64,000 nt of DNA from Dehalococcoidia bacterium (GTDB lineage Bacteria > Chloroflexota > Dehalococcoidia > Bin125): positions 128,001-192,000 of the forward strand of contig CAXXNO010000012.1 of assembly GCA_963663235.2 (NCBI GenBank), in the 5' to 3' direction. Shown one piece after another: positions 18,223 through 28,620 of the stretch (position 1 is the first letter of the stretch; each line of letters begins with the position of its first letter). Under the pieces are notes generated by a model, which worked only from the letters and a program-made list of their open reading frames with translations, had not been told where the DNA came from and ran no database searches. Position numbers and translations under genes: made by a program.

Positions 18223-20190
18223 ATGAACAGCCGGGCCGACCCGAGCTCCTGGCGATTGCGCCTGATGGTCGTGATCGCCATTGGGCTCGGCGCGCTGCTG
18301 GTAGCGCGCTTGGTGCAACTCCAGATCCTGGAACACAGCACGTACGAGGACGCGGCGCGCGAAATCCACGTCGCGAGTGAGCGGATCCAGGGACCGCGCG
18401 GCGCGATCCTGGACCGCAACGGCCTGCCCCTGGTCACCGGCATCGATACGTTCGAGGTGCACATCGACCGGGAGCCGTGGGAACTGGACGAGGCCAACGA
18501 GCGTCTGGCCGTGGAACGCCTCGCCGAGCTGTTGGGCGTCGGTCCGGACGCCGTGCGCCGCATCGCCGGCTCCGGGCCCAGCCGGGACACGCTGCTGGCG
18601 ACGCATCTGCCGTACGCGCTGGGGGAGGCGATCATCGCGGAGGGACTGCCGGGAGTGAGGGTCGCGGCCTCCGGCCTGCGACTCCACACAGAAGGCGCCC
18701 TGGCGAGCCAGCTCTTGGGCTTCGTGGGGCGGGGCAACGTTGGGCTGTCCGGAATCGAATACGAGTACGACAGCCTCCTGCGCGGGCGGTCCGGGCGCGT
18801 GGTTTATGAGCGGGACAGCGTGGGGAACCCGATCCCGTTCGGCGTTCAGACGATTGAGCCGGTCCAGCCCGGTGCGGACTTGGTCCTGACGATCGACCGC
18901 AACCTGCAACGGATGGCGGAGGAGCACCTGGCCACGGCCCTGGAAGAGACCGGGGCCGAAGGCGGCACCATCCTCATGCTGGACCCTCACACGGGCGACA
19001 TCCTGGCTATGGCATCCGCTCCCACCTTCGACGTCACCGAGTTGGACCTCAACGCTCAAGACTTGGACCTCTCACTGTTTCGGAACCGGGCGGTCACCGA
19101 CGTCTACGAGCCGGGCTCCGTGTTCAAAGTCATCACCATGGGCGCCGCGCTCGACATACGCGTCGTGACGCCGGACAGCACCTTCAACGACACGGGCGCG
19201 ATCGTCATCGGCACGCGCACCATCCGAAACTTCGACCTGTCGTATCACGGCGAACAGACGATGACGCAAGTGCTGCAACGGTCGCTGAACACGGGGTCGG
19301 TCTGGGTAGCGCAACAGTTGGGCCCCACCGCGTTCTACCGCTACGTGCACGCCTTCGGATTCGGCGAGTCGACGCGGTCGGGGCTGTCCGGCGAGGCGCC
19401 CGGCCTGCTGAAGGAGCCCGGCAACCTCTTCTGGTCCGAAGTGGACCTGGGCACCAACTCCTACGGGCAGGGAATCTCCGTCACGCCGATACAGATCGTC
19501 CGAGCCATTGCGGCGATCGCCAACGGCGGAGAACTGGTGCGGCCGCGGATCCTGCGCGCCGTCATCACCCCCGATGGTGTGCGGGAGCTGGCGCCGGTGA
19601 GCGAGGGGCAGGTGATCCGGGAAGAGACGGCCGCCAGCCTGCGGCTCATGATGCAGGCGGTGGTCGACGGCGTCTTGGGGCACCCCGCGCAAACGCCGGG
19701 CTGGCCGGTGGCGGGGAAATCCGGCACGTCCGATGTCGTGGAGGGCGGGCGCTACCTGGAGGGCGCGGCGATCGCCTCGTTCGCGGGCTTCGCGCCGGCG
19801 GATGACCCGCGGATCGTCGTCCTGATCAAGCTGGACCGGCCGCAAGGCGAGATCTTCGGCGGGGTCATCGCCGCACCGGTGTTCTCTGCGGTCCTGCGCG
19901 ACGTCCTCCCCTACCTTGGCGTGCCGGCCACAGATTATGTCGCGGAGCCGAGCGTGTTCGACCCGCCGCCGCAAGCGGCCGGCGGCGGCGACGAGCCGCC
20001 CGAGGGCGAAGTCGAGGCAGGCGAAGCCGAGGCAGGCGAAGCCGAGACGGACGAAGCCGGGACGGACGAGGCCGGGACGGACGAGGCCGAGTCGAGCGAG
20101 GGTGAGGCCGCCCCGCAGGACCCGACCGCCAGCGAAACCGAAGTCGAGCCCAGCGGCGACAGCGAAGCTGCTGGGACAGCCGAAGGATGA
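18223..20190 (+). CDS. ftsI: Class B penicillin-binding protein FtsI with acidic tail
   Basis: RGAILDRNG, GLSGIE, EPGSVFK (SxxK), SLN, KSGTS. Confidence 0.92.
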   Translation: MNSRADPSSWRLRLMVVIAIGLGALLVARLVQLQILEHSTYEDAAREIHVASERIQGPRGAILDRNGLPLVTGIDTFEVHIDREPWELDEANERLAVERLAELLGVGPDAVRRIAGSGPSRDTLLATHLPYALGEAIIAEGLPGVRVAASGLRLHTEGALASQLLGFVGRGNVGLSGIEYEYDSLLRGRSGRVVYERDSVGNPIPFGVQTIEPVQPGADLVLTIDRNLQRMAEEHLATALEETGAEGGTILMLDPHTGDILAMASAPTFDVTELDLNAQDLDLSLFRNRAVTDVYEPGSVFKVITMGAALDIRVVTPDSTFNDTGAIVIGTRTIRNFDLSYHGEQTMTQVLQRSLNTGSVWVAQQLGPTAFYRYVHAFGFGESTRSGLSGEAPGLLKEPGNLFWSEVDLGTNSYGQGISVTPIQIVRAIAAIANGGELVRPRILRAVITPDGVRELAPVSEGQVIREETAASLRLMMQAVVDGVLGHPAQTPGWPVAGKSGTSDVVEGGRYLEGAAIASFAGFAPADDPRIVVLIKLDRPQGEIFGGVIAAPVFSAVLRDVLPYLGVPATDYVAEPSVFDPPPQAAGGGDEPPEGEVEAGEAEAGEAETDEAGTDEAGTDEAESSEGEAAPQDPTASETEVEPSGDSEAAGTAEG

Positions 20191-21596
20191 CCGTGACCAC
20201 GTTCGGAGGCGCCGTGATCAGCCCGCGCGAATTCGCATCGGCGTTGGGACCGCACTTACTCAACCCCCAAGCGGCGTACTCTGACGCCCCGTTCAGCGAC
20301 GCCGTCGTCGACTCGCGCCGCGTGCGGCCGGGTGATCTGTTCATCGCGCTGCGTGGCGAACACACCGACGGGCACCGCTTCCTCGACGACGCCATCGAGC
20401 GGGGAGCGAGCGCCCTGCTGAGCCGGATGGCGCCGGATTCGCTGCTCTCGAGATCGGATCAGCGCGAGGTCACCGTGTTCCGGGTGGAGGATCCGCTGGC
20501 CGCGTTGCAGGCCGCCGCCAAGCGCTGGCGGGAAGCACACCCCGTGCGCGTGGTGGGGATCACGGGCAGCGTGGGAAAGACCACCACCCGCGAGGCCGTG
20601 GCACAGATGCTGGCACGCCGGACGCCCACGCTTGAGAGTCCGTACAACTACAACAGCGAGATTGGGCTGCCGCTGGCGTTGCTCCGACTGGCGCCCGAAC
20701 ACGCCTGGGCCGTCCTGGAGATGGGGCCGTACGACCTGCGGGAGATCGCGACGCTGTGCGATATCGCGCAGCCGGAGATCGGCATCGTGACCAACGTGGG
20801 GCCGACCCACCTGGAACGGTTCGGATCGCTGGAGGCGATCGAAGAGGCCAAAGAACACCTGCCGGCATCGCTGCCCGCGGGCGGGCTGGCCGTGCTGAAC
20901 GCCGACGACTCGCGCACGCAGCGGATGCGGGATCGCACGCCGGCGCGCACGCTGAGCTTCGGCCTGAGCGAGCGGGCCGACGTCCGGGCCACGGATGTGG
21001 AATCTCACGGGCTGGACGGGATCGGCTTCACCTTGCGGACGCCTGACGGCGCCATTGCGGTGCGAACCCCGCTGGTGGGCGCGCACCACGTCATGACGGC
21101 CCTGGCGGCGGCGGCGGTGGCGGTGGGGACCTCGTGGACGCTGCCGGAGACGGCGGAAGCGCTGACCACGCTTCGCACCGGCCGACGGCTGAAGCCGCGT
21201 CGCTCGTACTCGGGCGCCCTGATCCTGGACGACACCTACAACGCCGCTCCGCTATCGATGCAGGCGGCGCTGGACCTCCTGGCCGAACTGCCGGGGCGGC
21301 GGATCGCCGTGCTCGGCGACATGCTGGAGCTCGGCAGCGAAGAGGAAAGCGGGCACCGCGAGGTCGGAGCGTACACCGTGGGGCGGTGCGACCGCTTGAT
21401 CGCGATCGGAGATCGAGCGCGCCAGTTGGCGAATGCCGCCTGGGACGCAGGGCACCAGCAGATCGAATGGTTTGAAACCAAGGAGCAGGCGACCGAGTTG
21501 CTGCGTCAAGAGATCGGGGCGGAGGACGTGGTGCTGATCAAGGCGTCGCACGCGCAGGCGCTGGAGACGATGGTGGAGGCCCTCATCACACCATGA
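20187..21596 (+). CDS. murF: UDP-MurNAc-tripeptide--D-Ala-D-Ala ligase
   Basis: DSRR, DGH.F, ITGSVGKTTT, N.EIGLP, DDTYNA.P.SM, LGDMLELG, KAS. Confidence 0.96.
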   Translation: MTVTTFGGAVISPREFASALGPHLLNPQAAYSDAPFSDAVVDSRRVRPGDLFIALRGEHTDGHRFLDDAIERGASALLSRMAPDSLLSRSDQREVTVFRVEDPLAALQAAAKRWREAHPVRVVGITGSVGKTTTREAVAQMLARRTPTLESPYNYNSEIGLPLALLRLAPEHAWAVLEMGPYDLREIATLCDIAQPEIGIVTNVGPTHLERFGSLEAIEEAKEHLPASLPAGGLAVLNADDSRTQRMRDRTPARTLSFGLSERADVRATDVESHGLDGIGFTLRTPDGAIAVRTPLVGAHHVMTALAAAAVAVGTSWTLPETAEALTTLRTGRRLKPRRSYSGALILDDTYNAAPLSMQAALDLLAELPGRRIAVLGDMLELGSEEESGHREVGAYTVGRCDRLIAIGDRARQLANAAWDAGHQQIEWFETKEQATELLRQEIGAEDVVLIKASHAQALETMVEALITP

Positions 21597-22555
21597 CCGG
21601 CGTATCCCTGGCCATGACCGGAGCGGCGTTTCTGCTGGCGCTGGCCATCGGACGGCCGCTGATCCAGTGGCTGAACGCCAAGCAGCTGGGCAAAGCGATC
21701 AGCGTGGAGGGGCCCCAGACCCACATGATCAAAGCGGGCACGCCGACGATGGGCGGGCTGATCATCATCGCGAGCGTGGCAGTGGTCACGCTGGCGTCGA
21801 ACGTGGTGGGGCGGGAATCGATCCTGCTGCCCCTGGTAGGGATTGTCGTGCTGGGGCTGGTCGGCATCTACGACGACCTGGGATCGATCGTAGGACGGAT
21901 CCCGCGGGAGCTCAGCTGGCGGCTCAAGATGACGCTGCTGACGCTGTTCAGTCTGGGCGCAGCGCTGGTGCTCTTCTTCGCGCTGGACATCGAGAGTCTC
22001 AATGTGCCCTGGAGCGGCACGCACGACCTGGGACCGGCCTACATCGTGATCGCGATGGTCACGATCCTGGCCACCACGACCTCAGTCGCGATCAGCGACG
22101 GCCTGGACTCGCTGGCGGGCGGCCTCCTGGCGATCGCGTTCGGCGCGTACGGCGTGATCGCCGTAGCGCAGGAGCAGGACTTCCTGGTCCGGTTCTCCTT
22201 CACCATGATCGGCGCGACGCTCGGCTTCCTCTGGTACAACTCGCATCCGGCGCACGTGTTCATGGGAGACACCGGCGCCCTGGCCTTGGGAGGCGCGCTG
22301 GCGATCGTCGCGCTGATGACGGGGCACTGGCTGCTGCTCCCTCTGATCGGCGGGGTCTTCCTGATCGAAGCGCTGAGCGACGTCATTCAGATCGGCTACT
22401 TCAAATGGACGGGCGGCCGGCGGATCTTCCGGATGGCGCCGATCCACAACCACTTTGAGCTCTCCGGCTGGTCCGAGCCGCAAGTGGTCACGCGCTTCTG
22501 GATCGTGGGGCTGGCATGCGCCGTCCTCGGCGTCGCGCTGGCGTTGCAGGTGTAA
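21593..22555 (+). CDS. mraY: Phospho-MurNAc-pentapeptide transferase
   Basis: K.GTPTMGG, YDD, DGLD.L, FMGDTG.LALG, MAPIHNHFE. Confidence 0.97.
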   Translation: MTGVSLAMTGAAFLLALAIGRPLIQWLNAKQLGKAISVEGPQTHMIKAGTPTMGGLIIIASVAVVTLASNVVGRESILLPLVGIVVLGLVGIYDDLGSIVGRIPRELSWRLKMTLLTLFSLGAALVLFFALDIESLNVPWSGTHDLGPAYIVIAMVTILATTTSVAISDGLDSLAGGLLAIAFGAYGVIAVAQEQDFLVRFSFTMIGATLGFLWYNSHPAHVFMGDTGALALGGALAIVALMTGHWLLLPLIGGVFLIEALSDVIQIGYFKWTGGRRIFRMAPIHNHFELSGWSEPQVVTRFWIVGLACAVLGVALALQV

Positions 22556-22559
22556 CGCG

Positions 22560-23996
22560 ATGACCGCCGCGCAGTCACTGCCATCGACCACCGAGCCGCG
22601 AAGTTACCGAGGGCTGCGCGTGGGTGTGGTGGGGCTAGGCGTGGAAGGTCAGGATGCGGTGCGATTCCTGCATGGCGAGGGCGCCGCGGCGATCATCGTC
22701 AGCGATCAGAAGCCAGCGGAGCGACTACGCGAGCAGACGCAGACATTAGCGGGCATTCCTTTCCGATTGGAGAGCGGCGGCAACGACGTATCGATCGCGG
22801 AGCGAGTCGACGCCCTCTTCGTCAGTCAGGGCGTGGCCGACGACCTGCCGCTCCTCGTGGCGGCCCGGGCTCGGGGCGTCCCGATCACCGCCACGACGCG
22901 GCTCTTCTTGCAGCGCTGTCCGGCGCCGGTCATCGGCATTACGGGCAGCGCCGGCAAGACGACGACGACCGCCCTTGTCGGGGAGATCTTCGCGGCCGCC
23001 GGGCGGTCCGCATTCGTGGGCGGGAACATCGGCACGGATCTGTTATCGCGGCTGGCGGAGATCGATGCCGCATCGACGGTGGTGATCGAGATCAGCCACA
23101 CGCAACTGATGCGGACCGATCGTAGTCCGCAACTGGCAGCAGTGCTGAACATCACACCCAACCACCTCGATCAATTCACGTGGAACGAGTACGTCGACCT
23201 GAAGCGCCACCTGGTGCGGCACCAACGCGGCGAGGACATCGTGGTGTTGCCCACCGACGACGCTACGGCCCGGTCGTTGGCAGCGGACACGCCGGCCCTG
23301 CTGCATCGCTTTGGGGTGGACGCGCACCGAGGCCCGGGAGCGTACACGGCCGCCGGGCGCGTTGTCTGGCACGACGGCAGCCAGGCGCACGAGGTGCTGC
23401 CCATCAGCGCCATCCGGCTGCGCGGCGCCCACAACCTCCAGAATGTGCTCGCGGCAGTGAGCATTGCCGGAGCGTCGGGGGCGTCGCCGGAAGCGGCGGC
23501 CAAAGCCATCGCCGCGTTCGGCGGAGTCCCCCACCGCCTGGAGGAGATCGCCACCGTCGACGGTGCGCTCTACGTCAACGACTCGATCGCCACGGCGCCG
23601 GAACGGACGATCGCCGCTCTGCGGTCGTACGACGCACCGGCCGTGCTGCTGCTCGGGGGCCGGGACAAGCGGTTGCCGCTGGAGACACTCGCCGATGAGA
23701 TCGCCCACAAGGCGCGGGCTGTCATCGGCTTCGGCGAAGCGGGTGACACCTTCCTCGCGCCGCTGCGAGGGGCCGCGGCGGCCGGGTCGCCGATCCTGCG
23801 CCGCGCGGAGCGGCTGGAGGAAGCCGTGACCGCCGCGCGGGAGGAGGCTCGGCCGGGGGACGTGGTGTTGCTGTCACCGGCCGGGACGTCGTTCGACGCG
23901 TACGACGACTACGCCGCCCGGGGCCGCCATTTCGCCGCGCTGGTCCGCGCGTGGAGCCCAAGCCGTGACGAGGAGCGCGCCGATGCCGGCCGCTAA
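22560..23996 (+). CDS. murD: UDP-MurNAc-L-Ala--D-Glu ligase
   Basis: ITGSAGKTTTT, GGNIG, NITPNHLD, HRLE, NDSIAT, LLSPAGTSFD. Confidence 0.95.
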   Translation: MTAAQSLPSTTEPRSYRGLRVGVVGLGVEGQDAVRFLHGEGAAAIIVSDQKPAERLREQTQTLAGIPFRLESGGNDVSIAERVDALFVSQGVADDLPLLVAARARGVPITATTRLFLQRCPAPVIGITGSAGKTTTTALVGEIFAAAGRSAFVGGNIGTDLLSRLAEIDAASTVVIEISHTQLMRTDRSPQLAAVLNITPNHLDQFTWNEYVDLKRHLVRHQRGEDIVVLPTDDATARSLAADTPALLHRFGVDAHRGPGAYTAAGRVVWHDGSQAHEVLPISAIRLRGAHNLQNVLAAVSIAGASGASPEAAAKAIAAFGGVPHRLEEIATVDGALYVNDSIATAPERTIAALRSYDAPAVLLLGGRDKRLPLETLADEIAHKARAVIGFGEAGDTFLAPLRGAAAAGSPILRRAERLEEAVTAAREEARPGDVVLLSPAGTSFDAYDDYAARGRHFAALVRAWSPSRDEERADAGR

Positions 23997-25212
23997 CGGC
24001 GTCGCGCGGGGCAGCGCGCAACCGGTGGATGAAACCGGCAGCCGCCTTGCGGGGCCGCCGGACTGGGCGCTGATCGGCGCCGTCCTGGCGCTGACGGCGC
24101 TGGGGCTGGTGTTTGTGTTCAGCGCCTCCGTGGCCGTGGGGCAGCAGCTCTACGGCGATCCGCACTACTTCGTCATCCGGCAACTCGGCGGGGCGGGGAT
24201 CGGGCTCGTCGCGTTCGTGGCACTGGCGCGGCTGGATTATCGCCGGCTGCGGCGGTGGAGTCCGCTGATCATGCTGGTCGCGGTGATGGGCCTTCTTGCC
24301 GTGCTGCTCCCGGGCATCGGCGTGGAGCAGAACGGGGCGCGGCGGTGGATGCAGATCGCTTCACTGCCACCCCTCCAGCCCTCCGAGTTCGCCAAGCTAG
24401 CCGTCGCGATCTACCTGGCCGCGTGGCTGGCCTCGCGGGCCAGCGGCATCCGGCATGTGACGCTGGGCGTGGTGCCGTTCGCCGTGATGGTGGGGTTCTT
24501 TGGCTTTCTCATCGTGGCGGAGCCGGACCTCGGGACGGCGCTGCTGATTGTGCTCATCGCGGGGGCCATGTTCTTCATCGCCGGCGCGGCTCTGCGGCAC
24601 GTCCTGGCGCTGACCACCATCGGCGGCGCGGTCATCTTCAGCATCGTTGGCATCGCGGGCTACGGGCTGGACCGGTTCACCTCGTTCATCTCGGCGGAAT
24701 CAGACCCGCAAGCAAGCGGCTACCAGATCCTGCAACTGCTCATCGCGCTCGGGAGCGGCGGCGCGTCGGGGGTGGGAATCGGTGAGAGCCGACAGAAGTT
24801 TCTTTACATCCCATCCGCACACACAGACGGGGTGTACGCGATCATCGGGGAAGAGGCGGGGTTTGTGGGCACGATGCTGGTGCTGGGGATCTTTGCCCTC
24901 CTCGCCTATCGCGGCGCGCGGATCGCGATGCGGACCACCGATCCATTCGGCCTGCTCTTGGCGACGGGGATCGTGACCTGGATCGTGGTGCAGGCATTCT
25001 TCAACATGGGGGGCGTCACGCGCACCATCCCCCTGACCGGTATCCCGTTGCCGTTCGTCTCCTTCGGCAGCTCGGCGTTGATCGCCACGCTGGCGGCGGC
25101 CGGTGTGTTGGTGAGCATCTCACGCCACACGACGGCGGAGGCGCGCCCACCGCAGCGATCGCGGCCGCGGCGGGACTACGTCCGCCCGCCGCGACTGGAG
25201 GGGGCGCGGTGA
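23983..25212 (+). CDS. ftsW: SEDS peptidoglycan glycosyltransferase FtsW
   Basis: NGARRW, QPSEFAK, EPDLGT, AHTD, GEE.G, PLTGIPLPFVSFG. Confidence 0.95.
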   Translation: MPAANGVARGSAQPVDETGSRLAGPPDWALIGAVLALTALGLVFVFSASVAVGQQLYGDPHYFVIRQLGGAGIGLVAFVALARLDYRRLRRWSPLIMLVAVMGLLAVLLPGIGVEQNGARRWMQIASLPPLQPSEFAKLAVAIYLAAWLASRASGIRHVTLGVVPFAVMVGFFGFLIVAEPDLGTALLIVLIAGAMFFIAGAALRHVLALTTIGGAVIFSIVGIAGYGLDRFTSFISAESDPQASGYQILQLLIALGSGGASGVGIGESRQKFLYIPSAHTDGVYAIIGEEAGFVGTMLVLGIFALLAYRGARIAMRTTDPFGLLLATGIVTWIVVQAFFNMGGVTRTIPLTGIPLPFVSFGSSALIATLAAAGVLVSISRHTTAEARPPQRSRPRRDYVRPPRLEGAR

Positions 25213-26300
25213 GGTTAATCGTTGGCGGCGGCGGCAGCGGCGGCCACGCCTTTCCGGCGCTGGCCGTGGCCGAGACCCTGCGGATCATGCTGCGCGAAGA
25301 TCTGACGCTGCTGTATGTCGGCCGAGAAGATGGAATGGAAGCGGCCATCGCCCGCGACGCCGGCATCGAGTTCGCACCCATCGTGGCGCGCGCGCTGCGC
25401 GGACGGCACCCGCTGAGCCAACTCTGGTCGACGCTGACACTCGCGGCCGGGGTGTGGGGGGCGATCGGGGTCGTGCGCCGTTTCCAGCCGGACGTGGTGT
25501 TCGTCACCGGCGGATACGTCAGTGTGCCGATTGGGGTCGCGGCCTGGCTCCTGCGGCGCCCGCTGGTGCTCTTCCTGCCGGACGTCGAGCCGGGCTGGGC
25601 GGTGCGGCTGCTATCGCGCCTGGCCCGGCGGATCTGTGTGACGGACACCGCTTCGATGCATCAACTCCCCGCGCGCAAGACGGTCGCGACGGGATACCCG
25701 CTGAGGCCGGTCTTCCGGGAGCTGGATCGCCCGATGGCGCGGGCGCGCTTCGAGCTCAACGGCGATCCGGTGATCCTCATTACCGCCGCCGTGCAGGGCT
25801 CACAGAACATCAATCGAGCGGTGGAAACGCAACTGGAGGAGTGGCTGGAGGCTGCGCAGATCATCCACGTCAGCGGAGCGCGCGACGAAGCGCGGCTGCG
25901 AGCCCGCCGCGATGCGCTCCCGGCCGCCCTGCAGCGGCGCTATCACCTCTACGAGTACCTGGGCGACGAGTTGCCGATGGCGATGGCCGCCTCCGACCTG
26001 GCCGTGGCCCGGTCAGGCGCGTCCGTGCTGGGCGAACTGCCGGCCGCCGGCCTGCCGGCGGTGCTGGTGCCGCTGACGGCCGCCGGGGGGCACCAGCGAC
26101 ACAACGCCGCCATTCTGCAAGAGGCGGGAGCGGCCGTGATCGTCGAGGAGGGGCAGGCGGCCGCAACCCTCCTGCCGACGGCCCTGGAGATCCTGCGCGA
26201 CCGCGACCGGCTGACGGCGATGAGCCAGGCGGCGCGCGCCAAAGCGCGGACCGACGCGGCGGAGCGGATCGCCGAGGTGCTGTGGGAGGTGCGCCAGTGA
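25209..26300 (+). CDS. murG: Lipid II GlcNAc transferase MurG
   Basis: GGGSGGH.FP, TGGYVSVP, G.PLR, RSGAS.LGE, HQ..NA. Confidence 0.94.
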   Translation: MRLIVGGGGSGGHAFPALAVAETLRIMLREDLTLLYVGREDGMEAAIARDAGIEFAPIVARALRGRHPLSQLWSTLTLAAGVWGAIGVVRRFQPDVVFVTGGYVSVPIGVAAWLLRRPLVLFLPDVEPGWAVRLLSRLARRICVTDTASMHQLPARKTVATGYPLRPVFRELDRPMARARFELNGDPVILITAAVQGSQNINRAVETQLEEWLEAAQIIHVSGARDEARLRARRDALPAALQRRYHLYEYLGDELPMAMAASDLAVARSGASVLGELPAAGLPAVLVPLTAAGGHQRHNAAILQEAGAAVIVEEGQAAATLLPTALEILRDRDRLTAMSQAARAKARTDAAERIAEVLWEVRQ

Positions 26301-27706
26301 ACGCGCCGCGCTCCTTTGTGCGTGCATCCGGGGAACAGCCCCACATCCACTTCATCGGGATCGGCGGCATCCACATGAGCGGGCTGGCGCGGATCCTGCT
26401 GGAGGAAGGCTGCCGCGTCAGCGGCTCCGACCTGGTGGCGAGCCAGCTGACGCAGGGTCTGGCGGACTCGGGCGTGCGGATCAGCATTGGGCATGAGAGC
26501 GGCAACGTGGAGGGGGCCACGCTGGTGGTACGCACGGCGGCGGTCAAGGACGCCAATCCGGAGGCGCAAGCAGCGCGGCGAGCAGGCATCGAGTTGATCA
26601 CGCGAGCCGAGATGGTGGCCCGGATTGCGGGTGATCGCCCCACGCTCACCGTCGCGGGCACGCACGGCAAGACCACCACCGCAACCATGCTCACCCTGAT
26701 CCTGCGCGAAGCGGGGCTGGACCCGACCTACCTCCTGGGCGGAGAGAGCGACGCCCTGGGGGGCCAAGCGGGGCGGGGGAGCGGCGCGCAGGTGGTCCTG
26801 GAGGCGGACGAATACGCCCGTGCGTTCCACGAATACCGGCCCACGATCGCGGTGATCACCAACATCGATCGAGACCACTTGGACTACTACGGCACCGATG
26901 CCGCGCTCCAGGAAGCGTTCCTCGGCTACGGGCGGACGATCCGTCCCGGGGCGGCGCTGATCGTCGGTGCGGACAGTCCGCAAGCGATGGCGGTGGGAGA
27001 GCGACTCGAAGGGGAGCGCTCGGACATCTCCGTGATGACGTTCGGCACCGCCGCCAGGTGGACCTGGGGCGCGCGCGAGATCGCCGCGAGCGAGAGCGAG
27101 ACGCACTTCCAGTTGACGCGCGAAGGGACCGACCTGGGGGAAGTCGCTCTACAGGTGCCGGGCGCATTCAACGTGCGCAACGCCGTGGCCGCCGTGGCGG
27201 CCGGGGTGCTGGGCGGCGCGAGCATGGCCGCCGCTCAGCATGCGCTGGCGCGCTTCCGCGGCGTGCATCGCCGCTTCGAGCATGTGGGGGAGGCCGGCGG
27301 AGTGACGCTGGTCGACGATTACGCGCACCACCCTACGGAGATCGCCGCGACCGTAGAAGCCGCGCGGCAGCGCTACCCGAGCCGCCGCCTCGTCGTGCTG
27401 TTTCAGCCGCACACGTACAGCCGCTCGTCCTATCTGCGTGAAGGGTTCCAGCGTTGCTTTGGCGGGGTCGACCGCCTGTATTTGATGGAGACCTATGCCG
27501 CCCGGGAGGAGCCGGACGCAGGGCTGAGCGCGGCCGAGCTGAGCCAACAGATCCGAGAGCCGCGGGCGGAGTATGCCGGATCAGCGGACGAAGCCGTGGA
27601 AACGGTCGGCGCGGCTCTCCGCCCAGGCGACGTGCTCATCACGATGGGCGCCGGGGACGTGAACGAGGCCGGCCCGCCGATCCTGAAGCGGTTGGAGGCG
27701 CGATGA
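26297..27706 (+). CDS. murC: UDP-MurNAc--L-Ala ligase
   Basis: HFIGIGGIHMSGLA, GTHGKTTT, EADE, DHLD, DDYAHHPTEI, FQPH, MGAGDV. Confidence 0.97.
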   Translation: MNAPRSFVRASGEQPHIHFIGIGGIHMSGLARILLEEGCRVSGSDLVASQLTQGLADSGVRISIGHESGNVEGATLVVRTAAVKDANPEAQAARRAGIELITRAEMVARIAGDRPTLTVAGTHGKTTTATMLTLILREAGLDPTYLLGGESDALGGQAGRGSGAQVVLEADEYARAFHEYRPTIAVITNIDRDHLDYYGTDAALQEAFLGYGRTIRPGAALIVGADSPQAMAVGERLEGERSDISVMTFGTAARWTWGAREIAASESETHFQLTREGTDLGEVALQVPGAFNVRNAVAAVAAGVLGGASMAAAQHALARFRGVHRRFEHVGEAGGVTLVDDYAHHPTEIAATVEAARQRYPSRRLVVLFQPHTYSRSSYLREGFQRCFGGVDRLYLMETYAAREEPDAGLSAAELSQQIREPRAEYAGSADEAVETVGAALRPGDVLITMGAGDVNEAGPPILKRLEAR

Positions 27707-28620
27707 CATTGCGCGAGAGCCTGGCCGCCCTCAGCGAGGTCCGCGAGCGCGAACCGATGTCCCGCCACACGACGTTCGGCGTCGGCGGGCCGGCGGACTA
27801 CTTTGTCGTCGCGCGCGATCGGGAAGAGTTGCTGGCGCTGGCACGGGTGGCTCGTGAGGCGGGTGCGCCGGCGTTCATCCTGGGTTCCGGCTCGAACGTC
27901 GCCGTCGGTGACGCCGGGATCCGGGGCGTGGTGATCGAGAATCGCGCCAACGGGGTCGGCGAGCCTCTAGCCGAGGACGACAACGTCCGCCTGCACGCCG
28001 ACGCGGGCGCGTCATTCGCCAAACTCGCGCGGTCCACAGCGCGCCAGCAGCTCAGCGGCCTGGAATGGGCGGCGGGGATCCCCGGCAGCCTCGGCGGGGC
28101 CGTGGTATACAACGCCGGCGCCTACGGCGGCTGTCTGCGCGACGTCCTCAGCGCCATCGAGGTGCTGGAGCCGGACGGCCGGATCGTGGCGATCGCCGCG
28201 GCCGACCTAGGGCTGCAATATCGCTCCAGCGCGTTCACGCGAGGGCTGTTGCAAGACCGGGTCATCCTTGGGCTCACCTTCGCGCTGCAGCCGGGCGATG
28301 CCGCCGAAGCGCTGGCCCGCATCGACACGCTAGAAGCGAAGCGCAAAGCCGCCCAGCCGCGGGGCCGCACCGCAGGGTCGATCTTCAAGAACCCGCCGGA
28401 GCACCCGGCTTGGTGGCTCATCGACCGGGTGGGGCTGCGGGGCCATCGCATCGGCAACGCGGTGATCAGCGAAAAGCACACCAACTGGATCGTGAACCAG
28501 GGAGCCGCCCGCGCCGCCGAGGTGGCGGCGCTGATGCGCCTGGCGCAGGAGCGCGTGGCCAGCGAGTTCGGGATCGAGCTGCACGCGGAAGTGGCGCTGA
28601 TCGGGGAGGGGTTCGCATGA
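27703..28620 (+). CDS. murB: UDP-N-acetylenolpyruvoylglucosamine reductase
   Basis: HTTFGVGGPA, LGSGSN, GIPGSLGGA..NAGAYG, GSIFKNP, KHTN. Confidence 0.96.
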   Translation: MTLRESLAALSEVREREPMSRHTTFGVGGPADYFVVARDREELLALARVAREAGAPAFILGSGSNVAVGDAGIRGVVIENRANGVGEPLAEDDNVRLHADAGASFAKLARSTARQQLSGLEWAAGIPGSLGGAVVYNAGAYGGCLRDVLSAIEVLEPDGRIVAIAAADLGLQYRSSAFTRGLLQDRVILGLTFALQPGDAAEALARIDTLEAKRKAAQPRGRTAGSIFKNPPEHPAWWLIDRVGLRGHRIGNAVISEKHTNWIVNQGAARAAEVAALMRLAQERVASEFGIELHAEVALIGEGFA

